Shown here in pieces: positions 12,500-26,702 of a DNA stretch of 64,000 nt. The notes below the pieces were generated by a model. The model was not told where the DNA came from and searched no databases. It saw only the letters and a program-made list of their open reading frames with translations. This stretch comes from the human T2T-CHM13v2.0 reference genome, Homo sapiens. Location: NCBI RefSeq assembly GCF_009914755.1, contig NC_060928.1. The stretch is one strand, 5' to 3'. The translations under genes and the position numbers were made by a program. How positions within the stretch are numbered: position 1 is the stretch's first letter; every line of letters begins with the position of its first letter.

Positions 12500-13200
12500 C
12501 AAAAATGGGTTATGGTATTGCAAAATTCCATGGAGTGGAATTTGGCAATATCTACCAAAATGCCTCGAACAATTACCCTTTGATCCAGCAACCACATTCT
12601 ATAAATATATCTCAAACATACACTAGCAAATAGGAGAAGAGAAGGACCAAAGACTACTTATAGCAGCACTATTTATAATAATAAAAGATGAGAAACAATC
12701 TAAGTGTCCAACAAAAGGGGGCTGGTTGAATGAATTTACTCTGAGTAAACTATGGAATATTGTCCAGCTATGAAAAAGAATGAGAAAGATCTCTATATGC
12801 TGCCATGAAGTGATCTGCAGGATATTTTAAACAAAAAAGCGAGATAAATTGTATAATAAAAAGAATCATTTTTGTTTAGGTGAAGAGAGACTATAAATAA
12901 CTATATATGCATATGCATGCATAATTTGTTTATATTTTAAAAATTAAAAATTGATGGATGTAAAACTAAAAAAGTATTTTAAAGACAATGAAGGTCGGGA
13001 AAGGAAATAAGCTAGAACTCTCAGAATGCCCCGTGTTTTATTGATTTATTTTTACATAGAGTCATGTAAATGTTTACACATTTAAAAAGTAAAACAAAAA
13101 CAAAACTATAACCTCCTAAAATAAAACAAAAACAAATAAGTTAGACTGTATTTAAAATTGGTGGCATGACCACTTCATGAAGCACTTTATTTAACACTTT
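12500..13200 (+). mobile_element. Old L1M (L1MC/ME-like) 3' fragment
   Basis: ttggcaatatctaccaaaa...ccctttgatccagcaacc...agcactatttataata...tatggaatatt. Confidence 0.7.
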
Positions 13201-13216
13201 AAAATACAGTATTTTT

Positions 13217-13830
13217 AGCTCGGTCATTGTGGAAAGCAGTTTGGCAATTTCTCAAAGAACTTAAAACAGAATTACCATCCAATCTAGCAATCCCACTATT
13301 GGGTATATACCCCCAAGAATATAAATTGTTCTACCATAAAGACACATGCACACATATGTTCATTCACAATAGCAAAGATATAGAATCAACCTGAGTACCC
13401 ATTAGCAGTAGACTGGATAAAGAAAATGTGGAATACACAATGGAATACTATGCAGCCATAAAAAAGAACAAGATCATGTCCTTTGCAGCAACGTGGATGA
13501 AGCTGGAAGCCATTATCCTAAGCAAACTAACATAGAAACAGAAAACCAAATACCACGTGTTCTCACTTACAAATGAGAGCTGAACATTGAGTACATATGG
13601 ACACATTGAGTACATATGGATCAATAGACACTGGGGCTGATATGAGGGTAGAGGGTCGGGGGAGGATGAGGATAAAACAAACTACCTATTGGGTGTTATG
13701 CTTATTACTTGGGTGATAAAATAATCTGTACAGCAAATCCCCACAACACACAATTTACCTATATAACAAACCTGCACATGTGTCCCTGAATCTAAAATAA
13801 AAGTTAAAAATAAACATAAATAAAATAAAA
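13217..13830 (+). mobile_element. L1PA15/16-like 3' end
   Basis: ORF2 end plus 3'UTR (actacctattggg...tataacaaacctgcacatg); TSD-like aaaat(a/t)cagtatttt on both sides. Confidence 0.88.
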
Positions 13831-13843
13831 TTCAGTATTTTGA

Positions 13844-14288
<445 letters not shown>

Positions 14289-14581
14289 GAAAATGTTTAA
14301 CAAACATATTCAAGAATGAAAATAAAAGTGGTTAAGCGAAAATGGTGTATTGTAACCTTTGGATTGGAAATATGCTGCAAAGTCATAATTTTTCTCTCTG
14401 TCTACTGAGATAGCCTTAAAGCAATGACAAGAACAACGCCCAAGTGCCCAAATTGTGTTCTCTAAATACTTGAAATGAACAAAGGATTCTTGGGGAAATG
14501 GACAACACACTGTCTGGGCTTAAAATGTACAAATAAACCTTGGATAATTTGTAGTGCCAGAAAACAAAAATGCTATTGTAT

Positions 14582-14670
14582 GCCAGGTACAGTGGTTCAC
14601 ACCTGTAATCCCAGCATTTTGGGAGGCCAAGGCAGGAGGATAGTTTGAGTCCAGGAGTTCAAGACTAGCT
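14582..14670 (+). mobile_element. FLAM/AluJ left-arm fragment
   Basis: gccagg...cctgtaatcccagcattttgggaggccaaggcaggagga...caggagttcaagac. Confidence 0.85.
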
Positions 14671-15147
14671 CTTGACAAAAAGACACAAGGATCCAACTTA
14701 ACAGGTTTTTCATTAGTTGCAAATGGGATCATTTAAGTATCAAAAGGAAATGAATGACAGCATGGTGGTTGAAACATGCACATACAACAATCCATTAATT
14801 CATAATAATACCAAAAAACTAATTGGTCTTCTTAAATAGTAGCAAACCAATCTTCTCAGTATTCTGTAAATTAGTAAATAAAGGAAAAAACAGGTATTTA
14901 TCTTGTTTTCTATGTCCAAAATTTATTTTAAGGTAGCTAAATAGTGGATGAAGAAAAGTTATTCTTTAAGGAAGAATTCCAGCTAATAAATACAGAAAGG
15001 ATGATCTTAAATAATCACCATTTTGTAACCCCTAATGACAACAGATCTAAACAATAATTATCAATGGCTGCTGAAACCATGAAGATGAAAGATGGGTGAA
15101 GAATTTATAATAACAGGTGAATCAGGCTGACAATCCCTGCATTCACT

Positions 15148-15767
15148 TGTATTAATATTAGTTTTCTGTTACTGCTCTAACACCGCAAATTTCGCAGCTT
15201 ACAACCATGCAAATTTATTATCCCATAGTTCAGAGGTGAAAAGTGTGCGTTAGCTTGACTGATTTCTTTGCTTCAGGTTTTGGAAATCCCAATCAAGGTA
15301 TCAGCTGGTCTTGGCTCTTAGAATCTGCTTTCAAGTTCATTCAGGTTGTGAGCAGAATGAAGTTCCTTGCAGTGGTAGGACCGAGGTCCCATTTCCATGC
15401 TGGCTGTCAGGCTGAGTTCTGCTTAAGTTCTTAGAGGCTTCTCTTGGTTCTTGTACACAGGACCCTATTTTTCACGGCCAGCAACAGCATATCAAATTTT
15501 TCTCATGCTTGCAAGCTCTGATTTCCACACCTACCATATTTCTCTTCTGCTGCTTCTGACTTCTGTTGGGAAAGGTTCTCTTCCTTTAAGGAGTCATGTG
15601 ATTCAATTAAATCCACCTGGGTAATCCCTCCTAATCTTCCTATTTTAAGGACTGTAATCTTAATTACATCTACAAAGTCCCTATTGCCACATAGCATAAC
15701 ATATTCACAGTTCAGAATCAGGCTGCAGATGTCTTTAGAAAGTGGAGTCACTATTTAGCCTACCATA
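15148..15767 (-). mobile_element. MLT1D/E-like LTR
   Basis: tattagttttctgttactgct...aaatttattatc...taattacatctacaaagtccct...cctacca. Confidence 0.75.
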
Positions 15768-16001
15768 CCACTCATCAATTTTAACCTCATTTAAGTGTGA
15801 TTGATAACTGGCAATCATGTGTCCCCGATGCAATAGGTGGTACATGGTACCATCTTTGAATTATTTTTCCCCATCCTTGCCCCTAAAAAAGGATATAATC
15901 AAGCCTCTATGTCTACCTAACAGTTTTACGGTAAATAATGAGGATAAAAAAATGTTTAAATACTACATGATATGATCGGTCAAATCTAATAGAAAATTCT
16001 A

Positions 16002-16840
<839 letters not shown>

Positions 16841-16949
16841 CATAAAGGGGACTCATTTCACTATATTTTAACACCTCTCAAAGTCATTTATATAAACCAG
16901 ATTTCTACAGAACAATCACATGAAATACTTTGGCCTGGCCTACATAATA

Positions 16950-17730
16950 TATCTCAAATACAACCACATGTTACCACCTCACCACAGCATTGTATATCCT
17001 GAATTACTGCAGCAGTCATCCACTGATCTCTGTTTTTACTTTTGCTCTTCTCTTCACTGTTTTCCGTGTAATAGCTGGAATGATCTTTCTAAAATATAAA
17101 TTATATCATGTGCTTCTTCTATTCAAGATTGCCAATGGATTTCCATTGCATATCAGTAAAATCCAAACTTTTACCAAATCCTATAAGGTCCCATGTAATA
17201 TAGCCTCCAGCTTGCTCTACAATTTATTTCTTATCTATCATCCTCCTTTCCTAGCTCAATCCTTTCCAACCATGCTGGCCTCCTTGCTGGTTTGTCAAAT
17301 AAGTAACGCCTGCCACAGGGCCTTTGCTTAGGTTTCCCCTTCCAGGAACAATCTTCCCTTAAATTCTCAAATTTGTTCTTCTAGTTCCTTCAAGGCTTAT
17401 CTCAAATATTAACATTCAGAGAGTTATTTGACCATTCTTTCCCAAAATCCTTCAATATTTATGTCAAATATTAACACTTCAGAGAGTTATTTGACCATTC
17501 TTTCCAAAAGAGCACCCAACAATCCTCTAAATCCCTTTATCCTCCTTGATTCTTCATTGTAGCAAGCACCATTTGTGTTACATTGCCTTTACTTTGTGTC
17601 TTCTTCATATGATAAACATAAGCTTCATGAAAACAAACACAGTTTTTTGTTCAAAACTCTATCCCTGACATCTAGAGTAGAGCCTGGTGCTCAAAAATTG
17701 ATTCTTTAAATAAATATTGAATAAATGAGA
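16950..17730 (+). mobile_element. L2
   Basis: atgatctttctaaaatataaa...cagggcctttgc...agagcctgg...aaatattgaataaatg. Confidence 0.75.
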
Positions 17731-18631
17731 ATTAGAATGTGATCTCCTTATCCCAAGCCACAGTACTAGGTCATTTTTTCTTCCATTTTTATTATTTCCA
17801 TTAACGAATATTAAAGGAACATAGAAAATTCTAGGTGTCTACTAAGTAATGGTGACAATGTTAAGACACAAACAACTTTCTAAGTGAACTTAATAGCTGT
17901 TCAGAGGTATTAAGCCAGAGAAAATAATTTATCACCTGGGAAATGCTCTAAGGATGGTTTTCTATTAGATATGTTTTAGAATTCTTCAGCTAAATAAGGA
18001 AGCTGCAGAAATTCAAGATTTCCATCTTGATTGTGAGGTCAAGCACCCAAATTCCACTTTGATTAGCTAGAGTATGGCAGTAAGATAGAATTTTAAGGTC
18101 TACTCATTTAGAAAAGAACTGCTTTCTCCCCTTGATTCACAACTTTAGGCAAATTTCGGACTTTCCTTAAAATGCAAAAACTGCTCATCGCTCAGTTTTC
18201 ACCCACATCTTGAGTTTTGATTCTTGCTTTGTATTTTCCCTTTGTATAAACCGTCTGTTTATTTTTATCCACAGGCTTGTTACCCAGCTTTTACCTTTTA
18301 GCAGTGACATTTTAAGGGAAACCTGAAATTAAACTGCACATTGGCAGAGAATTTGGCAGACATAATATATAAATAACTGTATCCCAGATTGTCTTTAATG
18401 CTCTCATTTTTACTTCTCCTCAGGCTGAAGAATTTAAAGCATACATATTCTAGTGGAAATACATATATTTTCATTAATTTTGGTGGTACATGACTTGCAA
18501 TCACTGAATGACAAGTGTGCACCTAAAATAAGATATATGTCAAAGCAAAGGTTGCTAGAAAAACAGCAGATTTTCAGATGTACTAATAAGAAGTAATGTT
18601 TCTGCAGGCCTATAAAGTTTACAAGGGACAT

Positions 18632-18784
18632 TTTTTCTTTTAGTTTTTTTTCATTTTTCATTTTATTTTTTGTAGACACAGGGTTTCACCATGTTGCTCA
18701 GACTGGTCTTGAACTCCTGAGCTCCAGCAATCCTCCTGCCTTGGCCTCCTTAAAGTGCTGGGATTGCAGGCATGAGCCACTGCA
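18632..18784 (-). mobile_element. FLAM/AluJ monomer
   Basis: tgtagacacagggtttcaccatgttgc...aaagtgctgggatt...gagccactg. Confidence 0.88.
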
Positions 18785-19909
18785 TATAATCTTTTTTTTG
18801 AGACAGTATTTCTTTCCCTAGCCTGAGCCCCTGCTAAACTGCACCATTGCCTGCCAGAACTAGAATAGAGTTACTGTTAAAATGTCTAGATTGTATTCCC
18901 AATCAATCTGTTCACTTATTACCTGTGTGATTAAGAATGCTCTCTACTTTTATGAAAAAGAAATGACATTTGCATACTTACTTTAATTGAGGTGATGTTT
19001 CTAAAAGAGTTCAAGAGAGAACCAACTATACAACAACAACAACAAAACAAAACTGCACACGTTTACTTGTTTCACTCCATTCTGTTAATTACCATGTTTC
19101 TTTTCATCACTCCAATAGAAATGCCTATGAAAGCAAACTGTATCTCCCTTTTATCATTTCCAATGCCTGGTCCGTGCTGTATGCACATCTGCAATCTACT
19201 GATTTATGGACCTTTCACTAAACCTTAGAATACCACTTCTTTCCAGTTCTTTGGTCTCCAACACCAGCCTCTTAAGATTAGAGTCGCAGTTATAAATGAG
19301 GCTTTGTAGCAACCTAAAAATAACCTCACAGCACCCACAAAGAGACTCTTCATCAGTTTCTCCTTCCACTGCAGAAATGACCGCGTCAAAAAGCTCTGTT
19401 AGTGAGTGACTGTCGATGTGACAAAGTACACAGCGTTTTTAGTATATATCTTGTTCGAACTGCAAAATATCTTCAGATGCTCACGTAATTCATAGCTGTC
19501 TTAGAATGAAGTAGCATCCAAGTAGCATTTACTCTTACAGTTCTATGCCAAACACTCACCTCTTTGCCACGTGAGAGAGTCTTGGCCTTAGCTATTAACA
19601 CTGTGAAATTAAAACTGCCACGTCCCCATGTTTACTGAGTTCAGAGCATTGTTTTTTGGTATACGTCCCAAAAAAATAAAAATAAAAACAAAACCAAAAA
19701 CACATGAGACAGTCAAATAATTTTTTTAAATGTTTCACGTTTAAAAATCTTCCTGAAAAGTCACACGTTCATTTGTATATTTAAACCTCAGAATAGACCC
19801 GCATTAAAGAAATTTTTTAACTTCATTTAACATAACGATTTGTGGACATTGTTTAATTACTAGGTAATATTAAAGAATTCTTGTTAATGTTGTTAGATGC
19901 AAGAATGTC

Positions 19910-20670
<761 letters not shown>

Positions 20671-22344
20671 ATGGCATGGGGGGGACATATTAGAGATATT
20701 CCCTGAAAAAAGTAAGGATGAGACACTATGAGGTCTGAAAATAGCAAAGAAATAAAAGGGGAGAAATAGATGAAAAACGATTGGCGAAATGTGAATAATT
20801 GTTGAGACTGAGTGATGAGCACATAAAAGTTCATTGTAACATTATTCTTTTATGTGTGCTTGAAAGTCTCCATTATAAAATATTTTGAAAATATTGTTTC
20901 TCAAACTTGCCAGAAAATCATCTTTACAAGTAACACTATTATCATCTTGGGACAAATTCGATGCTCCTTTGTTCCTAACTAGGGCCTAAATGAGCCAGGG
21001 AAAGTTTCGCCAATTACTTCCTATGGCACAGAATAATTCTAATCTCTCTGGGTCTGAGTTTTGCAGATGAGCCTCATTAATGCTAATGAAAATGTCACAG
21101 GTGCTAATGAACCGCTAGCACTCTTTAACTCCATAGACAACTAGCCAAGGTAGCTGCAGAAGCTTGGAAATCAATTGTTGTCAGATGGTACACCCAACCC
21201 TTAGAGGTAACCTAAATGTGCAGAGCTTGTTGGACTGGGAAAATTCCCCCAAGATATAGGAGAGGAAGTAGAATGAGGTCAAAAGCCTCGGGAAAGTAGA
21301 CCAAGGAAGCAGAGCCAATTAACCATCGGAGCTACCACTCGGACAGTTGGAAACCGAGAGCTGTAATTACTTCTCATTTGCAACATTAGCCTTCCTTGAA
21401 ATCCTAAGGAGTGGCCTCTGGGCTGCTCTATCAGACTTCGTAAATCAGAAGAGGAACACAGCTCCTTTCCTCTCAGACCCAAATAGCCCAGGATGAATCT
21501 GTCACCAACTCACAAATGGACGAAAACTACTATTAATAATGGAGAGCAACCAGTTTTGTTATTTGGGGCTTCTTCCCTTAATTAAGATTCCCTTCTTTGA
21601 GTAGCCCGGAGTGTTGGCCTCCTATTCACCAAGCCATCTGCTCTGCCTTCGTTTTTCTCCCCCTCCCAATTCTCCCAGAGGAATTTTTTAAGCTTCAACA
21701 CATCGGCAGTCCTGCTCTGAACTGAATTTGCATCTCCAACTGAATCTATTTTAAGGTTTCTTTTGTGAACCTAATGGCTATCTCTAGTCACTTTTCCACT
21801 TTCAGGGACTGATGGCGTCTCCTCCGAAGACTCCCCAGAGGGCCCAGTTCTCCCCCAGGGCTTCTGTCTGACGCAGGCAGACACTCTCCACTACGGAAAC
21901 CATCTGGCAAAGCAGCATCTGGTAGAAGTTTTTACCTTTATCCTTTAGGACTCAGAAGAAACTGGTTCGTTCAGAACCTTCTCATTTTCTTTCTCCTCAT
22001 TGTCACAGATACGCCGCTCACTCAAGAGCACCTTTGGGCCGGGAACTGGGAAGGCTCTCCCTTGTCTCAATTGCTTTCCTGACTTATGTAACCCTCTGTG
22101 ACCCTGCTCCCTACCTCCCTTCCTTCTGGATGCCTCACTCTCCTCACCCTCCACACTCCAGCCAGCTAGGTTTCACTTCAGGCCACAACACACGAAGCTC
22201 ATCCCGTTCCTTCCTAGAGACTTCACACTGTGTTCCCTTTCCCTTAAAATATCTTCCCAGCCACTGTTGCATGGTTGGTTCCTTCTTGCCATTCACATTT
22301 CAGCCTGAATGCCACCTCCTCAGAGAGAGCTTCCCTGACCACTC

Positions 22345-22487
22345 ATTTTCTTTCTTTTGGTAAAAACATTTTTAGAGACAAGGTTGCTATGTTGCCTATG
22401 CTGGACTTGAACTCCTGGGCTCAAGTGATCCTCCTACTTCAGTCTGCTAAGTGGAGACTACAGGTGTGGGCCACTGTACCTGGCTTC
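22345..22487 (-). mobile_element. FLAM monomer inside an L2 fragment (about 22070-22670)
   Basis: tagagaca...tgaactcctgggctcaagtgatcctcc...ccactgtacctggc. Confidence 0.8.
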
Positions 22488-23383
22488 ACCTGGTTTTAAT
22501 GGTCTATACAACACTGATTTTTTATTTATTTCCTGTTTTCGTCACTTCCAACAAGTATGGCAGCTCCACAAGACAAGAGACCTCTTCCCCTTCTTGCTCA
22601 CTGCTTTCCAACTCTTCCTGAAACTATGTCGGGCATTTGGTGGGTGCTTAATAAGTATTTGTGGAATTAATTTTTTATTGCATCCTTATAATAGCCCTAA
22701 AGGTGCACATTACTACTCCCTTTCGACAAAGAGTAAAGGGAGGTTCAGAAGTTAAACATCATGCCCAGGTCACCCATGTCTAGTAAGGAACAGGTGCAGG
22801 ATCCCGGCTGATGGCTAACCCTACCCTCTCTGACAGTCAGCCAGGTCTATGAGACCTTGGGTGAGATATAAGGATGTGTCGAGATTTGTCTCCAAATTCT
22901 ATAAATGCAGTTTTACTTTGTACCTGGATTGTATGACCTACAAGGCGCCTTAAAAACCATTTAATTTTTTGTCACTTGCACTAAGAAACAAGCCAATCCA
23001 CAAAGGGAGAATGGCCAAAGGCAAACATGTGGTCAAGGCAGACCTCAAGCTGAGCTCTGCTGATTCCTGTCCATGTCACAAGCCACCATGTATAGCTACA
23101 CCTGTCGTGCCCTGCCCAGAGGTGCTGGGAGGGGAGGTGGCTGGGGCTGGAAACAAGCAGCTGTGCAAGCCCTGCCCTCCACATGCATGCCCACAGGGGG
23201 CGCCATTCTCTGCTTTGCACCTAATGAAGCTGCCTGCCATCTCTTCGTTTACTTGCTTCCTTGAAGAACACTGATAATGTAGAAATAAACTGTTTCCAGT
23301 CCCCTGGACACCCGCAGTATTCAGAAGAGTAGCTGAAGGTGCTGCAAAGTTATTCATCTCAGAGGGATGCTGACCCAGGTAGT

Positions 23384-23394
23384 TGCTGACTCAT
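23384..23394 (-). promoter_or_regulatory. Candidate NF-E2/NRF2/BACH (ARE/MARE) motif ATGAGTCAGCA
   Basis: tgctgactcat is an exact match to RTGASTCAGCA in non-repeat DNA. Motif match only, no functional data. Confidence 0.3.
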
Positions 23395-26333
23395 CATTTC
23401 TCTCTTTTATTAATGTATGAATCTAAATATAAAATATTGTAAGCAAGCACCAATCTGAGAGTTCAAAAAGATGAAATATTATTATTCTGAGGGTGCTTGA
23501 ATTTATGCCCCTTCTGTGTCCAGCATTTTTCTCTCTTTCTCTCTCTTCCTTAAAACACTCCTACCCAAAAACAAAATCCCACTTGTGAATCCTCAATATC
23601 TGATGAATAAGAAAATAATTAGAATATGCCGAGAATGTTCCAACTTTAAGGATGCTAGAAAAAAGTCTAGAATAAAATGTTTCAAATTTATCTTTTGGTC
23701 GTGGGGGACAGGAGATGATTTTTTTTTTCCTGCCTCTTTCTGTAGTGATTTCCTATAGGAAGCATGTATTACTTTTATGGTAGAGGAGGAAAAAGCCCGT
23801 ATTTTAGAAAAGAAAGTGAAACAGGAAGGTAAAACTGTAGGTAACAGCTACTGGCCAGGTTCTGGAACCACAAACAGAGTTGGCTGCAGCAAGCTGAACA
23901 GGAAAAAGTACTACAAGTTAAAGTTTTTGCCATTCAAAGCAGGAATAAGACTGTGGGTCCTTCCTGTGTGACAGCAGGAGGACAGCAGGACCCGGAGCTG
24001 GGAGGAAAAAAAACCCAGACCCAAAAGAGGGAATTCTTTTTATAAGCACCTTTGATTTGGATGGCAGGCACATCATTCTGTTTCAAAAGAAGTGTCGCTG
24101 GGCTCTGCCTCAATGCCTTCCGGCAGGTGGCCAGGACCAGCAGACCACTTGCTCGTCACTAGGCTCTGTTTGTTTTCTTTGTGCTGGACTTTGCCTGTCT
24201 CCTATCAAATAGCAGGGGAAGGAGTCCGGGAAGCGTTCAGAGATAAACCCCAGAGAAAATCGTGTATCAAAAGGAAATAATAAAGCCTAGAAAGACCCAG
24301 GGAAGGAAGGAAAGAAAATGCGTGCTTGAACTTTTAAAGAAATGGGAAAAGTGACTCTTTTGCTTTTGTATTTGTAAATTTTTTCTCTCCTTCCTCCTTA
24401 CTGCCCCCACCCTCTAAAGAAAAGACTGAAAGCAAAATTCCTCTCACTGAGCTGTGCCCAGGGCTGGCTTCAACTTTTCCAGAGCACCCAAGGTGGCCCA
24501 GGTGGGGAAAAGAGGATGTCAGTCAGCTTGGATTTCATTGTCTCCTGAAATCAAGTCTGAGACTCCAGTACCTTCCTGGGGCATCTAGCAACAAAGAAAG
24601 CATGTAGGTGTGTTCAAGAAGGCACACTAAGGGGTTTGCTGGAGAAGCAAGTCCAAGCCAGAATTTGCAATCCCAAAGCTAGAAGTAAGGAGTCAGGAAA
24701 AGGCAAAGGGGAAAATGCAGGCTTTTTCTTTGGAACAGGGGTTTTCCCTGGACGCAATTGCACAGAGCTGCCTCTCCTTGAGTGCTGGCGCTGTGACACG
24801 TGGGTAGCTTCGCTGGAGTTAAAACTAGTTCCAAGGACAGATTCTGTGTTGACTACTGTGGCAGGGTGGTCCAAGTGAGCTTTACATACTTCAGCAAGAG
24901 GGCCCTGTAAGAGGGGAAGACAGTGAGGCCCAGAGAGAATGTAAGGGCTTAGGAGACGTATTGATTCATTTCCTTCCATGAGTTTTATGTGTGACTTTGA
25001 CACATTGGGCCAGGCACCAGAAATACAATGCAATCACCCTTCCCACCCCTGGACTCGCTAATCAAGAAGACAGACATTAATCATATACAAACCCTATACA
25101 AACAAGTCAAAATTAAAACTACAGGAATTGATAGGAATTTTTGGGGTTTAGAAGTCTAATTCATTAGAGCCATCTCCTCAGTATCTGCGTTCTGACTTAT
25201 TGAAAGATGCAAAGCATCTAGGCAGATGGAGACTGACAAAAACTAGCCTGGAGTACAGCATTAGGTGTGCAGCAGCAATGGCTGCCCTGCTATGGTTTTC
25301 CTTGGGGAACACTGAGCTGGAGAAGAGACTCTTCCCCAGTATTCTTGCACTGAACAGATGTGGAAAGGAAACAGGGGCCCCAAAAGACCTGCACCAGTGA
25401 CTATCAGACATCAGCCAGACAACTCACCCCACTTCCTGGGGGCAAAGAGTAAAGGCAAGGCCGGTGGCCAGGACTGTGTAGGGAAAACTCCTCCTCTTGG
25501 AGTACGGGGTGGGAATGTGTCTCTCCCCTACTTTCCCTGTGTTTCTGTTTCCTTAACTTTTTGGGCTTGGCCATTGAGTCAATCATCAGCCAGGGCTATG
25601 TGGCTGATTGTTTCTTGAGGGCTCAGCAAACTCTCTGCGCCGTCTAGCTCCTGCCTTCATAAGTGCAGAACTCAACACCGACTTCTTCTCTTTGAGTATA
25701 CGCCATACTCCTGGGTACCTTTAGGGCACTTGAGGCTTTGCCCCACCATCCCCGCCAAAAGGTGACCACTCTGCACCTACTTTCTATTTGATATTGCATC
25801 CCAAATGTTATCCATATATTAAGAAAATCTACCACTGTTTATTGGCAAAGCCACTGTTTGGGTGTTGGAAATATAAATCCTTGGCCATAGCTTAGGAGGT
25901 TAACATAGCCAGATCCAAACTCAGGCCATGTGCCCCGCTATCCATGTGGATTATCAAAAATCCATAAAGAATGGTTTCTCCCTTGTCCTTCACCACAAAT
26001 TCTAAATAAAAGCCTCTCCTGGGCACCACTAACACTAGAAGCGCTAACACCAGAAATCTCTGCCACACACATGGAACTTTGTTGTAGCTTCAACTTCTGA
26101 CTTACAGACTTGGCAGAAAGACATGTAAACGCTAAACATAGCAGTTCTGCCCACTAGTCTCATAAAGAGATGATCTTCGAAAGTATCTCTTTTCCTTATA
26201 ATCAATTTTTTAAGAATGGTGTCTGCTCTTGGGGCCCTCAGATTTAGTACTGCTGAATGCAGTACTGTAAAATTATGATCTTCATAGTTTTCAAATATTC
26301 TCCTCTGTGTGACTCACCATACAGTGTAGCGGT

Positions 26334-26702
26334 GTGAACTCCAAAAAGTCAGAGCTAATACGCAGAGTAGAAGCGTGAACTCCACACAGCCTGAGCTAAC
26401 ACACAGCATAGTCATGTGAACTCCACATAGCCTGAGCTAACATGTAGGGTAATAGTGTGAACTCCACACAGCCTAAGCTAACATGTAGGGTAATAGCGTG
26501 AACTCCACACAGCCTAAGCTAACATGTAGGGTAATAGTGTGAACTCCACACAGCCTGAACTAACACACAAGGTAGTCATGTGAACTCCACGCAGCCTGAG
26601 CTAATACACTGTGTAGTAGTGTGAACTATACACAGCCTGAGCTAACATGCAGGGTAGTAGTGTGAACCACACACAGTCTGAGCTAATACACACACACGTT
26701 AG
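26334..26702. repeat. 41-bp minisatellite, 9 units; consensus GTGAACTCCACACAGCCTGAGCTAACA(T/C)..AGGGTA.TAGT
   Basis: Unit starts at 26334, 26375, 26416, 26457, 26498, 26539, 26580, 26621 and 26662. Confidence 0.97.

Noticed and set aside
13584-13620. Small tandem duplications (also ~5695-5734, 32730-32756, ~56213-56229)
   Set aside because: Ordinary slippage events with no further structure.
24614-25033. 139-aa ORF and other ORFs in unique DNA at 22969-25835 and 36141-36658
   Set aside because: No recognisable domain or exon structure; overlapping ORFs on both strands fit chance in GC-richer DNA.
26334-26702. CRISPR-like array (conserved core plus variable segment)
   Set aside because: The variable parts are only ~15 bp and are related to each other (some identical). 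There are no cas genes and the context is primate DNA. It is a minisatellite.
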